Source: Macrostomum lignano (Eukaryota). Taken from it: a DNA stretch of 64,000 nt. The position numbers and the translations under genes are program-made. The notes beneath the pieces are model-generated. The model saw nothing but the letters and a program-made list of their open reading frames with translations, was not told where the DNA came from and did not search any database. Where the stretch lies: positions 87,951 to 151,950 of the forward strand of contig NIVC01001009.1 of NCBI GenBank assembly GCA_002269645.1. The letters are read 5' to 3'. Positions 53,901 through 64,000 of this stretch are shown here, piece by piece. Position 1 is the first letter of the stretch, and each line of letters begins with the position of its first letter.

Positions 53901-54668
53901 GACGCTCTGCTTCATCTGGCGCCGCAGCCGCCGCTGTCCGAGTGTGCGCTTGACCGACTGGCCGACGCCGAGTTGCAGCAAGACTGTGACGAGTCGGACA
54001 TCGCGGAGGTCGGCTCCGTATTTAATAGTCCGGGTTTTCACTGGGTTGAGCGGCTGGTGCTCAGGCTAACAGCTGCTCACGGGCAGGCGGCTTACTTTCT
54101 GGCCGACTGCTACGGCGGGCGCTGTATCGGCGTTCTGCTGCGTCAGCACTGCGGCGGCGGTGTTGACCTGAGCCAGCAGGCTGTGGCTTGGCTTGACACA
54201 GCCGGGCCGGGACTTGTGGCTCGAGTTGAGCTGTTCCCAAAGAATGCTGGATCCGATAAGGATGGTAAGTTTTATTAAATTTAATGTTTAAACATGTAGA
54301 GCTATGATATACTGGCCTATTGCTCCGCATAAAGCATTTTGAAGGTTTGCATATTCCGGTTGACGCCAAGATAGAAAGAATTCGTTTTTCTTTGTGTACG
54401 CGGAGGGCGTGTTATACAGTGCGGCCAGAGAGCATGACTGAAAATTGACTGCCGAAAATTTAGATTAGGGTAGGGTTTAGGCTTAGGGTTAGGATCGGCA
54501 GTCAATCTGTGGAAGTCAGAAGGCTGGCAGTTGAATTTATACGGCAGAAGTCCAAGTTGATGCACAAAAAGCAGGCCATATAGGATTCAATCTAATTGAT
54601 CTCTACGATTTTTCCTTACGATATTTTCCACTAACCCCATTACAGCTGCTGGTTCAACTGAAGCCTGA
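44955..54668 (+). CDS. NOL6: Nucleolar protein 6 (Utp22/Nrap family); 5' part unresolved
   Basis: Exons 45630-45795, 45886-45969, 47505-48002, 50989-51459, 53604-54264 and probable last exon 54646-54668. A putative upstream exon 44955-45196 splices in frame. Motifs: LGINLNP..AVDKGP..PE|AAEFRQFWSGKSELRHAGGEVRETLVW, AVELLCAW, FLQLLARHNF|..PLIVNLN, AMFIACPQD, and C-terminal GPGLVARVE. Confidence 0.88.
46165..47475. repeat. Complex CTCATCAACC/AGTCTCAAC satellite with a 239-bp higher-order unit
   Basis: Near-identical ORFs start at 46565/46804/47043 and 46653/46892/47131, a period of 239. Confidence 0.95.
48561..50438 (+). mobile_element. Non-autonomous P-element-like DNA transposon with decayed THAP domain
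   Basis: Termini CATGGATGAAGG / CCTTCATCCATG, ~190-bp imperfect TIRs, and exact 8-bp TSD TTCCGTGC (48553-48560, 50439-50446). Internal peptide I*LSSIKTSPKFTPTRNTVLCDKHF...LANPGAIPMQY at ~49551-49770. Confidence 0.85.
48759..49415. mobile_element. MITE-like inverted repeat with ~248-bp near-perfect arms inside the P-like element
   Basis: 48759-49006 is the reverse complement of 49168-49415, with a 161-bp spacer; no clean TSD seen. Confidence 0.85.
51620..52410. repeat. 22/23-bp minisatellite (CCGATCCTGAAGCTAATGAGTC) in a NOL6 intron
   Basis: About 35 variant copies. Confidence 0.94.
52493..52670. mobile_element. hAT-type MITE, 178 bp
   Basis: Imperfect TIRs CAGTGGTGCCACC / GGGTGCACCCTTG; 8-bp TSD CTTAGTGA at 52485-52492 and 52671-52678. 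Confidence 0.7.
52850..53092 (-). mobile_element. tRNA-derived CORE-SINE (MIR-like)
   Basis: Minus strand has an A-box-like GCTTAGTGGT and B-box-like GGATTCGATT. These precede CCTTAAGCAAGGCACTTAACTCTGCATTGCTTCAGTTCACCCATCTGTAAAA, which resembles the MIR CORE as I recall it. The 3' boundary is approximate. Confidence 0.75.
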
Positions 54669-55772
54669 TTTGTGTCCCGTGACCTGACGCTAGCGCAACA
54701 ATATGACATTGTGGAATCGTACGCTGTCTGGCATTTGTTTGTTCCTATTGAGTGTTTAAATAAATTGTCGTACTTGTGCGTTAATAAAATTTTGCTTTCG
54801 AACTTCTTTCTCGCTTGTTGTTTATTTTAATCGACTATATATTATTGAGTAATGTAGACAGATAAATCTTATGCATACTCTTGAATTTGATTTGACATCA
54901 ATTACATAGAGGCATTAACAACTATATACGATTTAGTCATATTGCAAGATAGGGGTTGACTAAATCTTAACGAGTTAGCCTATTACTCTGAAAAGTCATG
55001 GCTGCATTGTTATGGCTCTGTATATCAATTAACATGGTATTGTGGCACTATCCTATATATTCTACCTAGATATTGTTGCATGAAAATTGAATGGCAGGTG
55101 CCCTTGTAATGTTTAAAACCGTAAGATCTGTCAGCTAAAGATTCAACACTTTACTGTATCTTATCAGTTATATCCTTTTGTCTTTAGAATCGTTTAACAA
55201 ATTTATGCAAATATTATCTAGACATTAATTAGTTGTTTCACTAATAATGTACACTAATAATGGTCGTAACTACAATCCTGCGTTTGGCTTCGATTTTAAA
55301 AGGCTATAAATAAATTTTCAATATTAATTCAATGACTGATTGACATCAGCCGATTTAATTATAATAAAACCTAAGCAATGCAGGCAAAATTAAAAAAGTT
55401 ACAAAGAAGTTGAATAATACGACTTTAAGCACATACTATTTAAATTCTTTTTATTTTAATAGGCTCTACAAGGAATATGTGAACTATAAATCAATCCATT
55501 AATTGCTTATATTTACTTTCACTAGATGAACCAACAGGTCAGTCTGTTCTTGCTAATACGAGCTTACTAACTTGGTATAAACAATCTAAACAATGGGTCC
55601 ACATTTGACTGCCAACCCTAACTAAACTATCGTGCTAATGAAGCTGATTGCCTAATTTCGCTTTGTAGCTAATCATTTTTTTTAATACTTCAAGTATTCG
55701 TGTGAGTTATTATTTGAAGATCGTTCATATTTATATTTTTACAAAAAAAACTTCAATTCATGCTTCTGATAA

Positions 55773-58012
55773 ATGAGTAGGGATCCATACTCTGTCCTGG
55801 CACGTAGCCATTCCGGGCTGCTGACCAGTCCAAAGCTGCTAGCTGCATCACTGTTACTAGCTGTGTCAGTCGTCTCTGTCAGCGGTGCCAATGACGCTGA
55901 CTTGGTTTGCTCCGCCTGTCGTATAGTTGCTCGCCAGCTGCACCAGAATGTTGAAAACGAAGCTAACGAAGGTCGCACAGTGGATTCTGGTAGCTTCCGG
56001 GTTGACTCCAAGGGCAATCAACGTGTCACTAAAGTCCCCTATGCTCGGTACGTTAGATTCTGGTTGGCTTGATTTAGGCTATGGATTCTCAAATATTTTC
56101 GAATAGAAACTATCCTGACACTATCCATCATATCAGTGCACTATCCTGACACTATCCACCATATCAGTGCACTATCCTGACACTATCCACCATATCAGTG
56201 CACTATCCTGACACTATCCACCATATCAGTGCACTATCCTGACACTATCCACCATATCAGTGCACTATCCTGACACTATCCACCATATCAGTGCACTATC
56301 CTGACACTATCCATCATACCAGTGCACTATCCTGACACTATCCATCATACCAGTGCACTATCCTGACACTATCCATCATATCAGTGCACTATCCTGACAC
56401 TATCCATCATACCAGTGCACTATCCTGACTATCCACCATATCAGTGCACTATCCTGACACTATCCACCATATCAGTGCACTATCCTGACACTATCCACCA
56501 TATCAGTGCACTATCCTGACACTATCCATCATACCAGTGCACTATCCTGACACTATCCATCATACCAGTGCACTATCCTGACACTATTAATCATATCAGT
56601 GCACTATCCTGACACTACCCATCATACCAGTGCACTATCCTGACACTATCCATCATACCAGTGCACTATCCTGACTATCCACCATATCAGTGCACTATCC
56701 TGACACTATCCACCATATCAGTGCACTATCCTGACACTATCCACCATATCAGTGCACTATCCTGACACTATCCATCATACCAGTGCACTATCCTGACACT
56801 ATCCACCATATCAGTGCACTATCCTGACACTATCCACCATATCAGTGCACTATCCTGACACTACCCATCATACCAGTGCACTATCCTGACACTATCCATC
56901 ATACCAGTGCACTATCCTGACACTATCCATCATATCAGTGCACTATCCTGACACTATCCATCATACCAGTGCACTATCCTGGCACTATCCATCATATCAG
57001 TGCACTATCCTGACACTATCCACCATATCAGTGCACTATCCTGACACTATCCATCATATCAGTGCACTATCCTGACACTATCCATCATATCAGTGCACTA
57101 TCCTGACACTATCCATCATATCAGTGCACTATCCTGACACTATCCATCATACCAGTGCACTATCCTGACACTATCCATCATACCAGTGCACTATCCTGAC
57201 ACTATCCATCATATCAGTGCACTATCCTGACACTATCCATCATATCAGTGCACTATCCTGACACTATTAATCATATCAGTGCACTATCCTGACACTATTA
57301 ATCATATCAGTGCACTATCCTGACACTATTAATCATATCAGTGCACTATCCTGACACTATTAACCATATCAGTGCACTATCCTGACACTATCCATCATAT
57401 CAGTGCACTATCCTGACACTATTAATCATATCAGTGCACTATCCTGACACTATTAATCATATCAGTGCACTATCCTGACACTATCCATCATATCAGTGCA
57501 CTATCCTGGCGCTAAAATGTGACGCATCTATCCACCGCCCTTACAGCTCGGACACGCACCTGACCAACGCGCTGGAGACTATATGCGAACAGGTGCAGTC
57601 ATCCTGGGGCCACTCGCCGCACTCCAGCCAGCCAAGTATTCGATCGTTTGTGCCATTAACTCGAACTGACGGCCAAGCGGCTGATACGAGCCGCCTGACC
57701 AGCGGCTCCTCGGTTGACAACTGGCTGCGCATGCGATGCGAATCGCTGCTGGACGATCACGAAGAGGCTACAAAATCCCTGCTGCAGCTCAGCCAGCCCA
57801 AGCCGCTGACTATGGATCAGTTTGAACGCCAACTGTGCTTGGAAACCGCTCGGGTTTGCACTGAGCCACTCATTGCTTTGCCCATTGAAGAGCCGCCAAC
57901 TTTGCCATCAGCGGCGACAGATGATAAGGAGGCCAAGACCGAAGAGGCAACGGCTGAATCCGCGTCTGAAGAGGCTGCAGCTCATGATGATTCTGCCAAG
58001 ACTGAGCTTTAG
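55773..58012 (+). CDS. CNPY2: Canopy family saposin-like ER protein (CNPY2/MSAP-like)
   Basis: Exons 55773-56047 and 57547-58012 (phase 2). Signal peptide, LVCSACR, GSFRVDSKGNQ..VPYAR|SDTHLTNALETICE, CESLLDDHEE, QLCLETARVC, and C-terminal KTEL (KDEL-like). Confidence 0.92.
56105..57510. repeat. 31-bp minisatellite (GCACTATCCTGACACTATCCA[C/T]CATA[T/C]CAGT)
   Basis: About 45 copies occupying over 90% of the single CNPY2 intron. Confidence 0.97.
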
Positions 58013-59514
58013 TATACTTTTTTAGTCTAGTTGCCACTGAAAGCGTTCAGTTTAATCATACTCGTGGCAAAATGAAAACTTAAAAAATTTGACGCTGTAG
58101 TACAGAATATCGTCAAAGTAGTCACATTTTGAGCACCTCTGAATCAAGTACAGAGTACGAACCTGTATTTGTAAATGATGTAAATGTAAGTGCATGTAAA
58201 TGACGACTGATTCAATACAATAAGTACACCTTAGGTTAACGCCCTCAGTCTGTACCACAAGTCAGACTGTGGTCTGTATCAGTTTAGTACTAGCGTACTT
58301 GACGTTTCTAATCAAGTTTTCTGCCTTCTCTTTTATTTTGCCTTGCAGTGTTGGTTTTTGCGATTTCCTTTTCTTTTTGTTGCAACAAGAGCAACAGGAT
58401 TGGATAGAAATTAATTTAAATCATTCTGGCTTGACTAATAACGCCTGGCTTACTATACCGGTAATATAACCAGCGTTGCAATGTCTTTGTCGTGAGTAGT
58501 CGAAATGCGTTCACATGTTTGTTAATTTTTTTATTGTTAAGTCAGCTCTTCGTTTTTGCGTTTAATTAATTGCTTCTTTCTTTGTGCCAATTTTCTATAA
58601 CAATACAAAGCATTGTGACCATATTTATTATACTACTGAAAGTAAATATTAACAACTCATATCCTGAATCTACTTGCGCATCTGTTGAAAAACTGGAGTA
58701 CACTGCTTCTAATATTTTATCTCTTTAGTGCTGTACCTTAAAATCTAAAATATATCTATCTTGAAATTTTATTTTATTTATTAGTTGGAAGTGCATAATT
58801 TCGGGTTATTTACTTTTCCCCACTTTCCTTACTTTTCCTAACAATACATAGGAATACATACAAATACATACATATATAGGAATACAATACACAATTATAT
58901 ATATATATATATAATTCCACACTCTGCGGGCCTATGTATTCGCTTATTTTTGTTTTGTTTTTAGAAGAAAATCTGTTTGGAGATAGATTCGATACAGGTA
59001 GATTCGATACAATCTTCTACAATTCATGTCCTACAGTGTCCCAAGCTAGTATAAGATAGAAAATCTGTCTCTTTACGTTGAGTTCCAAGCTCGTATTAAA
59101 TTACAATGTAAGCAGTGCTTAAGTGCGTTAGTTACTGCCTAACCCTCAACCAACATCAAATTGAGCCATACGTCGATCACAAAGACAAAATAGAAGTGCC
59201 CCGACACACTTGATAATTGCATGCTGTATACTCGTATACTGGTACTGTGTGCCTCAAAATGTATTATTTACCTCAAGCATGATGCTGAGTTTCATCTTGA
59301 CACTAATCGCTGTAAAGATCGCTGCAAGTTGTCAACTGCTGCGTACTAGTAATAAGGTCGATCGGGCTCCTGTTACTGCAATGTGGTTCTCCTCACTTTG
59401 TATTAAAAGCAGTAAATTTACACTATGTTGTTTAACCAACTAATTTAGCTTGCAGTTCCTGACCGTTGATTATCGGTGAATTATCAATCGGACCATCTCT
59501 GGCTGGACAACGCC

Positions 59515-62500
59515 ATGAACTTCGCGGCACTTCTACTGGTGCTAAGGTCAGTCGAGGCCGTCGCGGACTGCCTGCACCGTTTGCCGCGTCATTCGCCAGC
59601 CAGCGGCAGTCTGGGCGTTGATGACGGTTTCAAAACCGGCGGATTCTCTGCTCCGTCCTTAGCCACGTCAATCGAGGGACCAGAGCTCGCTCGTCGAGAA
59701 CGCGATGTTGTTGCAATTCAATCAGCTACAACTACTACTCAAATTACTGAGCCTCTTCGAATTCTGGTGCATTATGAACCTTCATTAGCTGCCGCCACAG
59801 ATTCGGAGTCTGTCACTCTGTGGAGGCTTGTTGAAGATTCAGTTCTCTATTGGCAATCCGTGTTGTCGGTGCGTTTACGCTTTGGACTTCGTGTAAATGT
59901 TGTTTCTTAAGGCGATTTCAGCATCTACAGAGGGGCTTAAATTCTCGGCTTAGCGACCGATATTTCGCATCAAGTTAAGGTTTTTTTTTAGCTAGAATGA
60001 AAACCGTATTGGAAGTTTTCAAAGACAAAGCAACTATCAGAAGATGTGTGGGTTTCCCAACAAATATTTTTTCCTCTCAACAGATAATTCGAACAAAAAA
60101 ATGAATTCATGTTTTGGGATGCATTCCTTACTCTGACGCCACATTCAGCTTTAAAATTTAATAAGCAGAAATTTTCTGTCCTAAAGAAAAAACAATGGCA
60201 TGAATGCAAAGCGTGTCCAATGACGAATTCAGTGGCATCCCTTACAAACACATTTTGGAAGCAAATATCTCGGGAAATACAAAAGACAATCATGCGTCTA
60301 AGATGTCATTGCAAAGCTGAGACATGCGTCAAGAAGTGATAAAAGTTTCAGAGCAAATGATTGAAGCATAGAGACGCAGCGATGATAAATCAAAGTTTCG
60401 GTTAATCAACGATCTTCAACCAAGATCAACCAAAACTTTGATTTATCGCTGCGTTTCTAGTTATATGGCAGAAGCTCATCTTAGAAATCCCAACGCGCAA
60501 TGCATGCACAGGTGCGCCACCAGTCGTCGGCACCGCCTGTGGCATTCTGGCTGCCTAGGCCGTGCAAGTCCAACAAAGTCCGAGTTGTCCGCAGTCCAGT
60601 CACCGGCGCCTTCTTGCACTATTGCGCCGACGGGTGCTCCAGTTCCGCTTTCTGCGGCCACACCAGCGTGCCGGCCGCTCACCTGGACCTGTGCCGCGAG
60701 CTTACCCCGGCCCAAGATGGCGGCCGCCTCCAGCACAGCGGCAGTCGCGGCGCCGGAGTTCGCTGGCCTTATAACTACGCCCTGTACGTGTCCGCCTACG
60801 ACACTGTGCGCTGCGGTGGGCCGGACAGTCAGACGCTAGGCTACTCGGCCCACTGCCAGCTGGATGGCCTGACTGACCGCCCCCTTGCTGGGTACATCAA
60901 TTTGTGCCGTCGTAGATCAGATAGAGGTCGGTCAACGTCTAGTAGTCGGTTTCTTGTCGATCCGGTGAGTGATTTGTTAATGGCTTTAGCAGAGATACTT
61001 AAGTGTCTGCTGCTAGAGACCTACGTGCAATAATTATCTGCGGACACAGAGTCAATGCAGTTTGCTATACTTTCGCATGTCTCCACAACTCAGGCGGAGG
61101 CTCAGTACACAGCTAGGCACGAACTGCTTCACGCTCTGGGTGTCACGGCTACCCTATTCGCATTTATGCGCCAAGACAACGGCGTCCGAGAACTCCGCGC
61201 AATCCCGCTACTAATATGCCTGCGTTGGGATTAATTGAGGACGACGGAGTAACACTGTATCAGTGGGGCAACGATACCGTTATTCAGGTATACCTGTGAC
61301 TTACTTATTGAAGTCCGTTACTAAGTTTTCCATTAATTGTACGCTCCCCTCCGATCAAAAAAGCTTTGCCTTAACAAACGGCGTAAGGATTAACTCAATG
61401 TCAATGATTCTGCGTCGTTCTAGAAGCGTAGCGGACTAACTATCGGGCTACAAAAGGATAATTCCTATGAAATCTCTGTATTTTAATGTACGAATATTTA
61501 ATTATCATCTTAAATATTTCTCTGGGAGTTGCTGTTTTGATTTTTTATTGGGCTGAAAACACAACTTGAAATCAGAGCAATGGATTTTCACAAGCTACCT
61601 GATAAGTAGTGCATAGTCAAATTGTATCGATCGTGCTACTGTTTAATCTCATTTAATACCTGTAAAGCAAAAAAAAAAAAAATATCTAAACATGCGTCCT
61701 TAAGATCTTAAATAAAACTCACTGGTTTAAATGTAGTTTGGTGCTTGGTATTTCTACTGTTACTCGTACGCTCGTAGATACCATAAAACTGCAGTGCTTT
61801 TTTCAAAAAAATACCAAGCCTAAGTCTAATAGAAACATTCTGCTGAGCGAATTTACGAATTCATTGCAGACCAAAGAGCCTTGGCGTTCCGCACGAGGTG
61901 TTTACAACCTAACCAGACACTACGTAGTCACGCCTCGCCTCGTTTCGTTAGTGCGGGCGCACTTTAACTGTCCCAAAATGCCCGGCTTACCACTGGAGAA
62001 TCAGGGCAAACTGGGCTCGGCGCTGACTCACTGGGAGAAGCGTCTTTTGGAAAGCGAACTCATGACCGCCGCATATACGGGCTCGTCTGTTGTTTCGGAG
62101 TTCACACTTGCCTTCTTAGAAGATACCGGCTGGTGAGAAATACAAAACGAATATTTTTAGTAAAAAAACTAACTCTTCTACTGATCTACTATAGCATTTT
62201 TCAAGCCAATTGAGCCTAGGAGCAAGCAATTTAATCCTTAGTGGGAAAATCAAGCTATTGAAGACTTGCTTTTCATCGTCTATGGCCCGAAGGGGGTCTG
62301 TGGAGCAACCAATTTGAGAATTCTGGCGCGCAATTAATCCTTTCCATAGTTGTGCAAGCCTTAAACCATAGTAAAGAACAGATTTCATTAGACAGACATA
62401 GATATGGCAGACGAAGAATTTAGCGAGCAGAGCAGTGACGAAAGTTTTGCTACAGCCCAAGATGCAGTGGATGAGCAGAATCCTGCAGGGCAAGAACCCT

Positions 62501-63999
62501 ATCGCAAGATAAGCAACGAAAAGTACGACCTGATTGTCGCTGCTGCCATCGAGAGAGGTGATAGTGCTGAGCACATTTCGCGATGGCTGGACGTAAAGAG
62601 AAAAACTGTGTATTCTATCAGGCGTCGCTATGGAATCACGAAAAATGTCTATGGCAGATTTCCTCGGAGTAGCGTGTAGGATTAGTTATGTCTATGTGCC
62701 AACTTCATATGACCCTGACCCTCACAATTTTTCTATTTTTAATTTATTCGTCTTCACTGGGATCATGAACCCATGTCAATGACGCGCTCTTTAGCGTTTA
62801 AAGTCCTATCAAAACTGCACAGTACATACCTTGAAGATCCGGTTAGAAAAAGGCATGTATAAGAAAGATCTATATAATTTTGACTTGTTTCTAAAACTGT
62901 GCAATCTCGAGTAGTTTTTGACGCAATCAACGCGATTTCATTACTGTCATTTTTCCTTCTCCGATCAAAAAAGCTTTGCCTTAATCGATTTCATTATTGC
63001 ATCACTCATTGCAGGTACTCTGCAAACTATTCAACGGCTCAGCCAATTGCCTGGGGTCGCAATCTAGGCTGCAAGTTTGTCTACAATAGCTGCTACGACT
63101 GGATGGTGTCGCATCATCAATCGGCCTGGCCTTACTGCAATTTGGCACCGAAGCATACTGGGCCTCGGGGAGACGCCATGCTTCGCACTGGCTGCTCCGA
63201 TGATCGCCGCTCCAAGCGGTACTGCAATCTGGATGAGCTGTCTAATGAACTACCGCTGGAGTATCAGTACTTTGGCGGCGATGTCAACATTCAGCAGGCT
63301 GGTCTATCTCCGGGAGGTGTGAAACTTCTAAGCTCAGAATCCTTTACTCGCTACGGTGGTACGAGTCGCTTTGCCGACTATTGTCCTTATCCTCAGGCCT
63401 ACACTACCTTGAGCAAATCCACTGATCGCAATTCTGACTGTTTCGAATTGGCAATCAGCCAGTGAAATCGGCTAATCCGGCATGGAGCTGTTCGGATCGA
63501 AATCCGTATGCCTCATCCAGCCTGAGCCATTCCAATTGCAGTTCTGTGGTCGCAGGCACGCGGCCACATACGGCAGCGGTTGCTATCCTGTTCGGTGCCC
63601 CCAGCAACCGGCGGCGCGCCGATTGTCACCTTGGCTGGTGGTAGAGAATTCGCCTGTCCAGTTGGTGGCGGCAAAGTGGATTTTTCTTTAGCTGGGAACT
63701 ACAGCCTGTACTATGGCAGTTTAGTGTGCCCTCCGTGCGCTCAGCTGTGCTCAAAATATTCTAACTGTTCCCCATCAGTGTCGAAACTTCTGCAGCCGCC
63801 GCGGCTATCGTTGAATGGCATCCATCTGGAACCACCATGTCTCTCGTCAAGTGCCGCTCGTCAGACTGTTGGGTTGTTGATCCACCTTGCAAACTGTTTA
63901 GCATATTTTGTATTTCACTTCTGCAGTGAGTTTTTTGAACTTTATTGCCTAATGTGCGTGCAAATCGTTTCAAAATACCTTATTAGATCGTGTACTTAA
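59515..63999 (+). CDS. LMLN: Leishmanolysin-like peptidase / invadolysin (M8 zinc metalloprotease), with 4 apparent frameshifts
   Basis: Exons 59515-59868, 60512-60964, 61094-61287, 61870-62132 and 63015-63999. Signal peptide, AHCQLD..TDRPLAGYINLC, HELLHALG, THWEKRLLESELMT (third His and Met-turn), TLAFLEDTGW|Y, WGRNLGC, ADYCP, SVCL..YGSGCY, LVCPPC and a hydrophobic C-terminus. Confidence 0.92.
62404..62679 (+). mobile_element. Truncated Tc1/mariner-like transposase N-terminus (HTH) in LMLN intron 4
   Basis: 91-aa ATG ORF: RKISNEKYDLIVAA..RGDSAEHISRWLDVKRKTVYSIRRRY..GRFPR, resembling the Tc1 first HTH and a GRPR-like motif. No DDE domain or TIRs found. Confidence 0.6.
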
Positions 64000-64000
64000 T

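Noticed and set aside
62116-62574. 152-aa minus-strand ORF
   Set aside because: Antisense shadow of the Tc1-like ORF and LMLN intron; no recognisable homology.

Overview
Eukaryotic (metazoan) genomic DNA with GT-AG introns. GC-rich exons and a distinct minisatellite in most large introns suggest the flatworm Macrostomum lignano or a relative; this is inferred from style, not shown. Five protein-coding genes can be reconstructed by hand. Minus strand: a PRD-class homeobox gene (homeobrain-like, 3 exons, 17111-23297) and cytoplasmic arginyl-tRNA synthetase (6 exons, 26584-33180). Plus strand: NOL6/Utp22 (only the C-terminal ~60% is recognisable), a canopy CNPY2-like gene and a leishmanolysin/invadolysin M8 protease with four single-base frameshifts. 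The non-coding space holds about 15 tandem-repeat arrays and many transposon relics. These include a P-element-like insertion (8-bp TSD, decayed THAP domain, internal MITE-like inverted repeat), hAT-, MULE- and TA-type MITEs, a Penelope-like GIY-YIG remnant with a degenerate hammerhead ribozyme, a tRNA-derived CORE-SINE and a Tc1-like HTH fragment. An AT-rich, apparently CpG-poor domain spans about 33-46 kb. I found no clearly novel multi-gene system; the best leads are listed as findings.
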